From the NCBI GenBank assembly GCA_963742735.1, contig CAVUMN010000002.1, positions 1 through 64,000 on the forward strand: a stretch of DNA of 64,000 nucleotides, written 5' to 3'. The notes under the pieces were generated by a model that made no database searches, had not been told where the DNA came from, and worked only from the letters and a program-made list of their open reading frames with translations. Made by a program: the position numbers and the translations under genes. This DNA is from an uncultured Actinomycetes bacterium (lineage in GTDB: Bacteria; Actinomycetota; UBA4738; JBBDTT01). Of this stretch, positions 54,797 through 64,000 are shown piece by piece (position 1 is the first letter of the stretch; each line of letters starts with the position of its first letter).

Positions 54797-54821
54797 ACCG
54801 ACCGCCGTGGTATTCTCCGGT

Positions 54822-55106
54822 ATGGCGCACTCTAAGCCTCCCGATGATCCTCCGGAGTTTGAGGATCGACCACCGGACCAGAACGAAGGCGTCTTTGAAT
54901 CAGCACCGCCTTCGCCCGAACCGGATCTGGAAGGTGGGCAGTCCCTCAAGGAGCCCCAGTTCGATCCTGATATCGCTGATCTACTCAAGTCCCGCTTTGC
55001 CCGAAAATCTGTGGAGCCCGACGGAACGGTGGTCGTAACCATCGCGGGGTTCCACAAGCTGCGCTTTCGGAGCCGCGAGCCTGGAGCATCATCGTCCACT
55101 GGGTGA
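54822..55106 (+). CDS. Small hypothetical protein, acidic/Pro-rich N-terminus
   Basis: 94-aa ORF; TATTCT 5 nt upstream of the ATG (leaderless-like). Confidence 0.45.
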   Translation: MAHSKPPDDPPEFEDRPPDQNEGVFESAPPSPEPDLEGGQSLKEPQFDPDIADLLKSRFARKSVEPDGTVVVTIAGFHKLRFRSREPGASSSTG

Positions 55107-55268
55107 TCGCCTAGCACCGCTCCAGTACACTTCAGAGGCTTGCCCAGCGAATGACACTGTTGTAATTTAAGACATGGACCCTTCCTACACTTTCGAGACT
55201 TCTAACCCAGCGACGGGGATTTTGGCGACCCCACACGCCCCTGTTAGAGTCGCGCCGCGCGTCGGGGG

Positions 55269-56819
55269 ATGGAGATGACGATCGGGGACCGAGAGCAAGA
55301 CAAGATCGTCGTCATCGATTTCGGTGCGCAGTATGCGCAGCTCATCGCCCGCAGGGTTCGGGAAGCCAACGTCAATAGCGAGGTTCTCAGTCACACGGCC
55401 TCGCTTCGACGGATTCTGAACCAGCGTCCGAGCGGCGTGATCCTTAGTGGCGGTCCAGACTCGGTCTATTCGAAGAAGGCTCCTCGCGTAGACGCCGCGC
55501 TGTATGAGGCCGGTATTCCGGTGCTCGGCATCTGTTATGGCGCTCAACTTATGGCCCAGCAGCTCGGTGGCGAGGTCGTCCGTAGCAGTCAGCGCGAATA
55601 CGGCGATGCAACCATCGAGATCTCTCCTCGTTCGACGCTTCTCAACGGGGCTCGCAAGCAGAACGTATGGATGAGTCACGGCGACTCCATCATGGCCCCA
55701 CCACCTGGAGCGAGAGTTGTAGCCCGGACTGAGTCGACTCCTGTTGCAGTCTGGGAAGACACCAAGCGCCGGCTTTTTGGTCTGCAGTTCCACCCCGAGG
55801 TGTCTCATACCGTGGGTGGACAAGACATCCTCTCGCGCTTCCTTTTCGATGTCTGCGGGTGCTCTCCATCGTGGACGACAGATACCCTCATCGATCAGAT
55901 CACGGATGACATCAAGAAGCAGGTTGGCAAAGAGCGCGTCGTGTGCGCCTTGTCCGGAGGCGTCGACTCAGCGGTAGCAGCGACACTCGTGCACCGAGCC
56001 GTTGGCAAACAGTTGGTGTGCGTCTTTGTTGATACTGGCTTGCTCCGCAAGGACGAGGCCTCCCGCGTCAGTGACCTTTTCGCTCGCACGTTGGGTGTGA
56101 AGGTTGTCCACGTCGATGCCTCGGCCAAGTTCCTCTCAAAGCTGAAAGGAGTCACGTCGCCTGAACGCAAACGGCGTCTCATCGGTGACACCTTCATTCG
56201 CGTTTTCGAGGATGCCGCACTCCGCCTTGGGAAGCCACGCTTCCTTGTTCAGGGCACGATCTATTCCGATGTCGTGGAGTCGGGAGCGGGCAAGGCGGCG
56301 CGAATCAAGTCTCACCACAACGTGGGTGGCTTGCCAAAGAAGATGCACTTCGAACTGGTCGAGCCGCTTCGTAGGCTCTTTAAGGATGAGGTGCGCCGCA
56401 TCGGATCGGCGATGGGCCTGGCTAGCGAGCTCGTTTGGCAGCAGCCATTCCCCGGGCCCGGTCTTGCTGTGAGGATCATCGGGGCGGTGACTCCCGAACG
56501 TCTCGAGATGCTGCGTGGAGCCGATGCCATCGTGACAGAGGAGATTCAGCGCGCCGGCCTTCAGACTGATCTGTGGCAGAGCTTCGCGATTCTCCCCACC
56601 ATTAGAACGGTCGGAGTCATGGGCGATGGCCGCACCTATGGCCACCCCATCGTGATTCGAGCTGTCACCAGCGACGACGCGATGACTGCCGACTGGGCCC
56701 CGCTCCCGCACGACGTGCTAAGGCGCATGTCATCCCGGATTGTTGGCGAGGTGCAAGGCGTGAATCGAGTGGTTTACGACATCACTTCGAAGCCGCCCGG
56801 CACCATTGAATGGGAGTGA
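55269..56819 (+). CDS. guaA: GMP synthase (glutamine-hydrolysing), island-borne
   Basis: [53 protein letters not shown]; full length and intact. Confidence 0.97.
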   Translation: MEMTIGDREQDKIVVIDFGAQYAQLIARRVREANVNSEVLSHTASLRRILNQRPSGVILSGGPDSVYSKKAPRVDAALYEAGIPVLGICYGAQLMAQQLGGEVVRSSQREYGDATIEISPRSTLLNGARKQNVWMSHGDSIMAPPPGARVVARTESTPVAVWEDTKRRLFGLQFHPEVSHTVGGQDILSRFLFDVCGCSPSWTTDTLIDQITDDIKKQVGKERVVCALSGGVDSAVAATLVHRAVGKQLVCVFVDTGLLRKDEASRVSDLFARTLGVKVVHVDASAKFLSKLKGVTSPERKRRLIGDTFIRVFEDAALRLGKPRFLVQGTIYSDVVESGAGKAARIKSHHNVGGLPKKMHFELVEPLRRLFKDEVRRIGSAMGLASELVWQQPFPGPGLAVRIIGAVTPERLEMLRGADAIVTEEIQRAGLQTDLWQSFAILPTIRTVGVMGDGRTYGHPIVIRAVTSDDAMTADWAPLPHDVLRRMSSRIVGEVQGVNRVVYDITSKPPGTIEWE

Positions 56820-57285
56820 ATCAACGCCTAAGCAGCGATCTTCCCTCCGTCAACGCCATCCATCCTGGCGCGTATCCGCTCTTGTGGCGTTGACTATCTT
56901 CACGTACGCAGCGCCTGCCGATGCGGCCTCCCCTCCACGACCGAAGAACGTCTGTTCTCAGGGCGTTTCCTTCGGCTACGAAATCGATCAGGTTTGGGGG
57001 AAGTTGGCCGTCGACCTGACCTGCTACCCCGCTTCCTTCATCAAACGAGTGAGACTCCGAACCACTGTCGAGCGATGTGTTGCCAACCTCTGCGAGACGC
57101 GGTCCCTCCAGCGCACGTGTCCGACGAGGAGGTGCTCTGTCGTTCTGCGGCTCGATCACGCTTCGGTGGAACTCGCTGACTACACCGTGACTGGGGCGTG
57201 GAGAAGCCTGAGTTCGCGCCATCACGGAACCACTTCGCTGGGCCCGAACCAATGTGCCTCGCTCGCCGTGACTACCACCTGCTGA
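56806..57285 (+). CDS. Putative secreted Cys-rich protein (8 Cys)
   Basis: Signal-like segment ending AAPADA followed by a beta-rich domain; start uncertain. Confidence 0.55.
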   Translation: MNGSESTPKQRSSLRQRHPSWRVSALVALTIFTYAAPADAASPPRPKNVCSQGVSFGYEIDQVWGKLAVDLTCYPASFIKRVRLRTTVERCVANLCETRSLQRTCPTRRCSVVLRLDHASVELADYTVTGAWRSLSSRHHGTTSLGPNQCASLAVTTTC

Positions 57286-57346
57286 GACTTGCTCAGCTGA
57301 CCGCGACTATGTAGCCTGCCCTCCGCCCACAACTTAGGAGAGTGCA

Positions 57347-58177
57347 ATGGCCCGCAAGGTTGTCCCCTTGCTTCTGCTGCTCGTCGCCGTGTCTGGCTCG
57401 CTTCCCGCCGCACCAGCCACTGCTGTGCCGGCTACCGGCTTTGGTGCGCTCGCAATCGCCATGGGCTGGACCTCTGAGACGAACTTCTCCATCGTCGGAG
57501 GCGTGCCCGTCAAGGTGGGCATTGGCTCAATCATCGGTGCCGGCGTGCCCTCGGGTGGTATGCGTTGCCTTGTTGTGGATCCGATTGTGCTGGGCCGATA
57601 TGTGCCCGAGGGGGGCGCAGGCAACGTCACCCTCGGATGGAAGTTCGATGCGACCTGCATCGCGAAGGTAACCTCGATCGGCTCCTCGGGGGTCACGAAG
57701 GGTGTCACCGGCTACACGACCTATGAGTCCAAAGGTCTGCCCGGACCAGCCGCCGATCCTGCTCCCGAACCCGACGGTCCAGGACCACATCACGAGCACG
57801 CTCTCTGGGGTCGCTCCTGGGTCGAGGAGTACGTCAACTGGACGACGACCGACCGCTACACAATCTTCCGTTATCACGAGACCTCTGAGAAGGTCTACGG
57901 CGGCTATGGCAATGAGGGGGACTGCTGGCGAAACGGGACGCATTGGACCATCACAGACTGCACCTTCCAGTGGCAACCCAATGGCCCGGCATGGGTCCAC
58001 AAGTGGGCCTGGGGACACTACAGCAGCAGTGTTCCTCCGCAGCCAGACTACACGCTGAATATCGAGCTCTGGGACGTCTACAAGCAGTACGGCTGGGCTT
58101 ACGATTGCTACGTCACCGACGGGGAAATCCCTCGCGGCTGGGAGAACAAGTGCAAGGCAAACCGCCAGTCGCCCTAA
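57347..58177 (+). CDS. Secreted two-domain protein with Trp/Cys-rich C-terminal domain
   Basis: AGGAG RBS, Sec signal (..APATA), Pro-rich linker PGPAADPAPEPDGPGP, 6 Cys, about a dozen Trp in the C-terminal half. Confidence 0.8.
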   Translation: MARKVVPLLLLLVAVSGSLPAAPATAVPATGFGALAIAMGWTSETNFSIVGGVPVKVGIGSIIGAGVPSGGMRCLVVDPIVLGRYVPEGGAGNVTLGWKFDATCIAKVTSIGSSGVTKGVTGYTTYESKGLPGPAADPAPEPDGPGPHHEHALWGRSWVEEYVNWTTTDRYTIFRYHETSEKVYGGYGNEGDCWRNGTHWTITDCTFQWQPNGPAWVHKWAWGHYSSSVPPQPDYTLNIELWDVYKQYGWAYDCYVTDGEIPRGWENKCKANRQSP

Positions 58178-58182
58178 CTCGA

Positions 58183-58485
58183 TTGGTTTCGTCCCCGGGA
58201 CTGGGAGGCCTACTCAGCCTGGTGACCTCCATTTGGTTGATCGTTCAGTTTGTCCAGAACGGAGACGGCGGAAATTTCCTTCTCGTGGTACCTGCCATCG
58301 CCGGTGCGCTCATCGCCATCACAAGACCGGAGTCTCGTCCGTTGCGTCTGTTGAGCGCATGTCTGATGGTCGTGTCAGGCGTCCCTTTGATCTATAGCGG
58401 GCTAGGTTTCTGGTTTTTCGTCGCCGCGCTCCTGGTGGCGCTCGGGCTCGTTGGCGGCCGCGGATCGGCCCGAGCGGCGTCCTAG
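58183..58485 (+). CDS. Small protein with about 4 TM helices
   Basis: Hydrophobic 3' part of ORF 57943..58485, directly after the secreted protein; start uncertain (TTG 58183 or GTG 58222). Confidence 0.6.
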   Translation: MVSSPGLGGLLSLVTSIWLIVQFVQNGDGGNFLLVVPAIAGALIAITRPESRPLRLLSACLMVVSGVPLIYSGLGFWFFVAALLVALGLVGGRGSARAAS

Positions 58486-58548
58486 GGGATTGTGCAGCGA
58501 CAAGACCAAGCCCGACACTCGGCGCACAATCTCAGGGTTCGAGTAGCG

Positions 58549-58563
58549 TCCCCTCAGCTCCAC
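58549..58563 (+). repeat. Distal att site (duplicated tRNA 3' end)
   Basis: Identical to 52342-52356. Confidence 0.92.
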
Positions 58564-58574
58564 TCCCCGGCCGG

Positions 58575-58997
58575 TCACAGGTACCAGAGGTCGCCCTCGA
58601 ACTCGAAGCCCAGGGCCTCCTGGCCCCACTCGTCGCGCTTGTCGACGAGCCACGCCAGGAACTCCTTGCGCTTGCGCTCGTAGTCGTCGGCGTCGCCGAA
58701 GCCGGTGAGCACGGCGACCTCCTCGGCGATCATCTCGCCCTCGTCGCTCCGGTACCGCCCGGTGGCCAGGGTCTCGCGGCACCCGCCGAACAGCGAGGAC
58801 AGCAGGTCGGCGGCCTCGTCGCGCCGGCGGGCGAACTCCTCGGCGGAGATCGTCGCGTCGCCCTGGGTCGAGGGGATGTAGATGACGCACTCGAGCGGCA
58901 GGTGGGTGAGCCCCTTCGGCAGCCGCTCGAACGGCAGCTCGGACACCCACTCGTCGTCGACGTTGAACGAGGAGGGCTTCGGCGGTGGTTTCGCCAT
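58575..58997 (-). CDS. Hypothetical protein (DUF3574/PII-like fold possible)
   Basis: LFGG..ETLATGRY...MIAE...WGQEAL pattern; host-like codon usage. Confidence 0.65.
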   Translation of the reverse strand: MAKPPPKPSSFNVDDEWVSELPFERLPKGLTHLPLECVIYIPSTQGDATISAEEFARRRDEAADLLSSLFGGCRETLATGRYRSDEGEMIAEEVAVLTGFGDADDYERKRKEFLAWLVDKRDEWGQEALGFEFEGDLWYL

Positions 58998-59001
58998 GGC
59001 C

Positions 59002-59448
59002 CTATCTTCCCCCGCCGGCTCGAGGGGGGTGTCTCCCCGGAAGGGGTCGGGGCTCCGGGAGCCGTTCGCCCAGCGTGGCGAGCCCGAGAAGCGACGTCAG
59101 GCCGCCGAGGACCAGGTACAGGACCCCGTGCTTGGCGTGGACCCCCAGGACCCCGTGCAGGTCGTCGCCGGTGACCAGGACGAGGACGCCGAAGGCCAGG
59201 AACAGCAGCCCCAGGAACGCCGTCTCGCCCCCGCTGCCGCGGAAGGCGGCCGTGAGGAGAAGCATGAGCGCGACGAAGGCCTCGACCCATCCCAGCAGGG
59301 CGGTGTGATGGAACCCGAACGCGCCGACGTGGTGGTCGAAACCGAACGCCCCCGCCTTCGAGAGGGCCGTCACCCCCAGGGTGCCGAGGACGACGGCGGC
59401 GACCCCGTTGACCACCCGGCGAACGACGGACAGCACCTTGCCGATCAC
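59002..59448 (-). CDS. Small membrane protein (about 4 TM)
   Basis: Hydrophobic ORF; start uncertain. Confidence 0.6.
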   Translation of the reverse strand: MIGKVLSVVRRVVNGVAAVVLGTLGVTALSKAGAFGFDHHVGAFGFHHTALLGWVEAFVALMLLLTAAFRGSGGETAFLGLLFLAFGVLVLVTGDDLHGVLGVHAKHGVLYLVLGGLTSLLGLATLGERLPEPRPLPGRHPPRAGGGR

Positions 59449-59483
59449 GCCAGTTGTATGCCCCCTCGGGGGAGGATGTGTCA

Positions 59484-59966
59484 ATGCTCGTCGAGCTGCG
59501 CGATGTCACCCACGAGGACCTGCCGGTGATGTTCGAGCACCAGCTCGATCCGAAGGCGGTGGCGATGGCCGCGGTCCCGTCCCGGGGAAAGGTCGCGTTC
59601 GTCTCGCACTGGACGAAGATACTTGCGGACGCAACTATCGTGGCGAAGGCCGTCCTGGTGGACGGCGTCGTCGCCGGCGACATGCTGTGCTGGGGGCCGC
59701 CCGAGGCGCGGCTGGTGGGCTACTGGATCGGCCGGGAGTTCTGGGGCCGCGGGGTGGCCAGCGAGGCCCTGCGGCAGCTCGTCGGCCAGGTCGCCGAGCG
59801 GCCGTTGCACGCCCACGTCGCGGTGGCGAACGTCGCGTCGATCCGGGTCCTGGAGAAGTGCGGCTTCGTGGAAACCGGCCGGAGCAAGGACGACGACGGG
59901 GTCGAGGAGCTCCACATGCGGCTCGACGATGCTCCCCCGGGCAGGTACGCGACGAGACCGGCTTGA
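59484..59966 (+). CDS. GNAT (RimJ/RimL-like) acetyltransferase
   Basis: VGYWIGREFWGRGVAS, NVASIRVLEKCGF; GGAGG RBS. Confidence 0.92.
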   Translation: MLVELRDVTHEDLPVMFEHQLDPKAVAMAAVPSRGKVAFVSHWTKILADATIVAKAVLVDGVVAGDMLCWGPPEARLVGYWIGREFWGRGVASEALRQLVGQVAERPLHAHVAVANVASIRVLEKCGFVETGRSKDDDGVEELHMRLDDAPPGRYATRPA

Positions 59967-59976
59967 ACTCCTTGTC

Positions 59977-61401
59977 ATGCGCCGTCTCTCGCTCGTGCTC
60001 TGCCTCGCCCTGGTCGCGTCCGGGTTCGCCGCGGCCGGCCCGGCGCAGGCCGCGGTGCCGAACCCCACCCTGACCGGGCCGATCACCGGCGGCATCCACG
60101 GCTTCCCGCTGTGGGACAGCTGGTATGACCTGAGCGAGGTCGGCTACCAGGAGGCCGAGTACTTCGTGTCCGGGACGGCGCGCTCGGCCGCCGGCGAGAC
60201 GGCCGAGTACACCACGCGGATCATCGTCACCCGTCCATCCTCGCCCGGACGATTCAACGGCAACGTCATGCTCGACTGGGTGAACGTCACCGCCCAGTTC
60301 GAGAACGCGGTCGACACCGTCGAGGCCCACGAATACCTGCTGCGGACCGGCTGGGCGTACGTCCACGTCAGCGCCCAGTCGGCCGGCATCTGCTGCACGC
60401 CGCTCACCCCGAAGGTGTGGGACCCGGTGCGCTACGCGGACCTGAACCACCCCGGCGACGACTTCGCGAACGACATCTTCAGCCAGGTCGCCCGGGCCAT
60501 CGACTCGCCGCGGGGGATCGACCCGCTGGCCGGGCTCACCCGCAAGCGCAAGCTCATCGCGGCCGGGCAGTCGCAGTCGGCGAGCCGCCTCTCCGACTAT
60601 GTGCGCAAGGCCCAGCCCGCCGCCCGGATCATCGATGGGTTCCTGATCCACGGGGGCGGCAGCCGGGAGTTCGCCCGGCCCCCCTCGGTCCCGGTGCTGC
60701 ACCTGATGAGCGACGCGGAGGCCTCGACCGAGCCCGCCAGCCGGACCCGCAACTACCGGCTGTGGGAGATCGCCGGCGCCTCCCATTCGGACTTCTGGAT
60801 CGGCTACCACCAAGAGGTCGGGATGGGACCGCGGTTCCTGGGCGGGCCGAAGCAGCCGGCCTCGGCGGACGAGGACATGCACGCCGTCGCCGGCAACTAC
60901 GGCGAGCAGCCCCACCCGCTGCACCCCGCGTGCATCCTGGCCGGCGGCGCGTTCCCCATGCGCTACGCGGTCTCGTCGGCGCTGCACCACCTGGACCGTT
61001 GGATCCGCCGCGGGCTCGCCCCGCCCCGCGGGCCGCGGTTCCAGATGGACGGCGAGAACCTGGCCCGCGACGCGAACGACAACGCCCTCGGCGGCATCCG
61101 GCTGCCCCCGATCGAGGTCCCCGTGGCGACGTACGAGTCGGACCGGTGCGCGCTGGGCGGGTTCACGGTCCCGTTCACCACGGCCCAGCTCCTGGTGCTC
61201 TACCCGACCCACGCCGACTACTACGCCAGGATGCGGGCGCGCACGATCTCCAGCGTCCGGGCCGGGTTCCTGCTGCCCGAGGACGCGGAGGACCTGCTGG
61301 CTCGGGCCTGCGCTGCCCGGGTGCGCTGGCTGGAGCTGGGCGAGGGGTGCAGTTCGGACATCCCGTACGGCAGGAACGCGACGCCCCGGCGTCAAATCTA
61401 G
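59977..61401 (+). CDS. Secreted alpha/beta-hydrolase-domain protein
   Basis: Signal peptide (..PAQA), EYFVSG, YTTRIIV.RP, GQSQSA elbow, EIAGASH, GGIRLP. Confidence 0.8.
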   Translation: MRRLSLVLCLALVASGFAAAGPAQAAVPNPTLTGPITGGIHGFPLWDSWYDLSEVGYQEAEYFVSGTARSAAGETAEYTTRIIVTRPSSPGRFNGNVMLDWVNVTAQFENAVDTVEAHEYLLRTGWAYVHVSAQSAGICCTPLTPKVWDPVRYADLNHPGDDFANDIFSQVARAIDSPRGIDPLAGLTRKRKLIAAGQSQSASRLSDYVRKAQPAARIIDGFLIHGGGSREFARPPSVPVLHLMSDAEASTEPASRTRNYRLWEIAGASHSDFWIGYHQEVGMGPRFLGGPKQPASADEDMHAVAGNYGEQPHPLHPACILAGGAFPMRYAVSSALHHLDRWIRRGLAPPRGPRFQMDGENLARDANDNALGGIRLPPIEVPVATYESDRCALGGFTVPFTTAQLLVLYPTHADYYARMRARTISSVRAGFLLPEDAEDLLARACAARVRWLELGEGCSSDIPYGRNATPRRQI

Positions 61402-61437
61402 ATAGGGACGCGTCCCGACTCCCGAAAGGCCTCGAAG

Positions 61438-63711
61438 ATGCCCCATGCCCGCCGCACGCTGATCGCGATCCTGGCCGTGGCGCTCGTCGCCGGGTCATTC
61501 GGGATCCCCACCGCCTCGGCGCAGGTACCCACGATCCCGCCGCGGCTGCCGTGCGACCCGCTCGATCCGGCCCTGTGCCTGCTCCCGTTCCCGAACGACC
61601 GGTTCACCGTGAGGGACGCCTCGACCGCCACCGGCCGGCGGATCGACTTCGGGCTCGCGGAGATGCCGCGGAGCGTGGCCGGCAAGCCGATCGAGCCCAC
61701 GGAGTGGAACCGCAACGACGGGTTCTCGCCGGGCTCGGAGATCCTCACCCACGTCCCCGGCCTGGATCTGCACCGGACGTGGGGGACCCACACCCTGACC
61801 GGCCCCGGCGTCGGCGGGCCCAACGACCCCCGCGACCACCTCGCCGAGATCGACCGCTACCGGGCCCCCGACGCGCCGATCCTGATCATCGACGCCACCA
61901 CGAAGAAGCGATGGGCGTTCTGGTCCGAGCTCGACCGCCACCCCGACACCGCCGACGCCGAGCGCCTGCTGATCCTGCGCCCGGCCGTGAACTTCCTGGA
62001 GGGTCACCGGTACCTGGTCGCCCTGCGCAACCTTCGCGATGGCCAGGGCAGCGTGATCCCAGCCGGCCCGCACTTCAAGGCCTACCGCGACAACACCGCC
62101 GGCCCCGCCACCGACCCGGCCTTCCAGGAGGCCAGCCGCGCCGAGGTGCGCGCGCTCATCGACGAGGTCGCCGTCGCGGAGCGCGGCCGCGGCCTGGCGT
62201 TCAACAAGTCCCAGCTCTTCCTGGCGTGGTCGTTCACGGTCGCCTCGCGCCGCAACCTGACCGAGCGGGTCCTGCACATCCGGGACCAGGCCTTCGCCAT
62301 GCTCGGCGACACCAACCTGAAGGACCGGGTGGTCACCGGCGCGCCGCCGCTGATCAGGATCACGCAGGTGACCGAGATCAACAGCGGCTCGAAGCTCCGC
62401 CAGATCGACGGGACCGTGCGAGTGCCGAACTACCTGGACGGCCCGCCGCTGCCGGTCGTCCAGGAGGTCGAGGTCCCCGAGTTCGGCGGGCTTCCCGCCC
62501 AGGCGGTCACCGGACGCCGGTTCCTGTCCGGCCTGGACGGCAAGCCCATGCAGAACCCGGCGTTCCCGTGGGTCAACGTGCCGTTCGTGTGCACGATCCC
62601 GAAGGTGGCCACCTCGACGAACCGCGCCCACCCCATGCTCTACGGCCACGGCCTGCTGGGCAGCCGCGGCGAGTCCACGGGCGGCTCGACCGAGCGTGAC
62701 CGCGAGCGGAACTTCATGCCCTGCGCGGTGAACTGGATGGGCTTCGCCGAGTACGACGTCGCCAACGCGGCCCAGACGCTCGTGGACCCCTCGAACATGC
62801 CGATGATGGCCGACCGCGCCCAGCAGGGGTTCCTCAACTTCCTGTTCCTGGGCCGGGCGCTCTCGCACGGTGGAGGGATGGCCTCGTTCCCGGCGTTCCA
62901 GGCCGCGAACGGCAAGCCGCTGTTCGCCACCAACCAGCTCTTCTACGACGGCAACAGCCAGGGCGGGATCATGGGCGGTGCGCTGACCGCGCTCGCGGTG
63001 GACCACACCCGCGCGGTGCTCGGCGTGACCGGGATGAACTACTCGACGCTGCTGAACCGCTCGGTCGACTGGGAGGGCGAGCTCATCAACCCCGACTTCC
63101 CCGGGGACCCGCTGCCCGCGTACTCCTCGATCCTGTACACGATGTTCCCCGACAAGCAGGAGCAGCAGCTGGTGCTGGCCCTGCTGCAGATGCTGTGGGA
63201 CCGGGCCGAGGCCGACGGCTACGCCCAGCACATGACCACCGACCCGCTGCCGAACACGCCACCGCACCAGGTCCTGATGCACGTCGCGCTCGGCGACTTC
63301 CAGGTCGCGAACGCTTCGGCGGAGGTCGAGGCGCGCACGATCGGGGCGCACGTCATGGACACGGCCCTGATGCCGGGGCGACACTGGGCCGTGGACGGCT
63401 TCTTCGCGCTTCCGCCCATGCCGCGCACCGACACGGGGAAGTTCGCCGAGTTCAGGGGCTCCGCCCTGGTCTACTGGGACTCGGGGAACCTCACGCCCCC
63501 GAACTGGAACGTCCCGCCGGCCGAGGACGGGGGCGACCCGCACGAGGATCCCCGTCGCGACCCCCGCGGGGCCGACCAGAAAGTGCGGTTCTGGCTGACC
63601 GGATTCATCATCGACGTGATGTCCGGCGGGCCGTACCTGCTGTGCCGGCCGGGCGCGGAGGGCGACATCCCGCGCGTGCCGAGTCAGTTCACGACCGACT
63701 GGTGCGCCTGA
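61438..63711 (+). CDS. Large secreted protein with alpha/beta hydrolase (lipase-like) C-terminal domain
   Basis: Signal peptide, CLLPFPND, DGFSPG, YGHGLLG, GNSQGG elbow, GDFQV, DPH. Confidence 0.8.
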   Translation: MPHARRTLIAILAVALVAGSFGIPTASAQVPTIPPRLPCDPLDPALCLLPFPNDRFTVRDASTATGRRIDFGLAEMPRSVAGKPIEPTEWNRNDGFSPGSEILTHVPGLDLHRTWGTHTLTGPGVGGPNDPRDHLAEIDRYRAPDAPILIIDATTKKRWAFWSELDRHPDTADAERLLILRPAVNFLEGHRYLVALRNLRDGQGSVIPAGPHFKAYRDNTAGPATDPAFQEASRAEVRALIDEVAVAERGRGLAFNKSQLFLAWSFTVASRRNLTERVLHIRDQAFAMLGDTNLKDRVVTGAPPLIRITQVTEINSGSKLRQIDGTVRVPNYLDGPPLPVVQEVEVPEFGGLPAQAVTGRRFLSGLDGKPMQNPAFPWVNVPFVCTIPKVATSTNRAHPMLYGHGLLGSRGESTGGSTERDRERNFMPCAVNWMGFAEYDVANAAQTLVDPSNMPMMADRAQQGFLNFLFLGRALSHGGGMASFPAFQAANGKPLFATNQLFYDGNSQGGIMGGALTALAVDHTRAVLGVTGMNYSTLLNRSVDWEGELINPDFPGDPLPAYSSILYTMFPDKQEQQLVLALLQMLWDRAEADGYAQHMTTDPLPNTPPHQVLMHVALGDFQVANASAEVEARTIGAHVMDTALMPGRHWAVDGFFALPPMPRTDTGKFAEFRGSALVYWDSGNLTPPNWNVPPAEDGGDPHEDPRRDPRGADQKVRFWLTGFIIDVMSGGPYLLCRPGAEGDIPRVPSQFTTDWCA

Positions 63712-63736
63712 GCGACCCCTTTGCTACGGTCCCGGT

Positions 63737-64000
63737 GTGGCCGGAACCGAGCTGACCGACGGGCCGTTCACGCCGGAGGAGCTCCAGCTCGCGACGCGCA
63801 ATCGCGGCATGCCCTTGGAGGCCCTCCGCTACGACGTCACGCCGACCGGCATGCACTACCTGCTGATCCACTTCGACATCCCGGAGACCGACGCCGCGTC
63901 CTGGACGGTCGAGGTCGGCGGGCTCGTCGAGCGTCCCCTGACGCTGTCCATGCAGGACCTGCAGGCCCGGCCCGCGCGGACCCTCACGGTGACCATGGAG
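63737..64000 (+). CDS. Sulfite oxidase family molybdopterin enzyme, N-terminal part
   Basis: ELQLATRNRGMPLEALRYDVTPTGMHYLLIHFDIP...GGLVERPLTLS...VTME. Confidence 0.88.
   Translation, partial: MAGTELTDGPFTPEELQLATRNRGMPLEALRYDVTPTGMHYLLIHFDIPETDAASWTVEVGGLVERPLTLSMQDLQARPARTLTVTME

Noticed and set aside
55197-55251. CTAAC...GTTAG hairpin as an integron attC site
   Set aside because: Short, imperfect RYYYAAC/GTTRRRY ends, single copy, and no IntI in the window.

Overview
High-GC actinobacterial DNA that appears to be two unrelated pieces joined at about 12,618. The left piece (1-12.6 kb) is rich in indel errors and has a Nocardioidaceae-like gene order. It carries a four-gene minus-strand operon (ECF sigma factor, putative anti-sigma, S8 subtilase with five tandem PFNVPH repeats, TPR protein of the type that usually ends in a CHAT/caspase-like domain), then femX-like, alanine-racemase-like, GT87, ponA, padR and ino1. 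The right piece is mostly housekeeping: clpX 3' end, an Rv0474/hbhA-like pair, men genes, valS-folC-ndk, mreBCD-mrdA-rodA, rne-rplU-rpmA, a LexA-boxed DUF222/HNH gene, obgE-proBA, MoxR/VWA, nadD-LCP-rsfS and tRNA-Ala(GGC). A 6.2 kb lower-GC element (52342-58563) is integrated in the tRNA. It encodes a large serine recombinase, an XRE regulator, a complete guaA and Cys-rich secreted proteins. Its attB/attP can be rebuilt from the sequence, and the att core lies inside the recombinase reading frame, so integration would swap the enzyme's C-terminus. The best candidates for undescribed systems are the sigma/anti-sigma/repeat-subtilase/TPR(-CHAT) module and this tRNA-targeting integrative element. 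All product calls come from motif recognition by eye; no searches were run.
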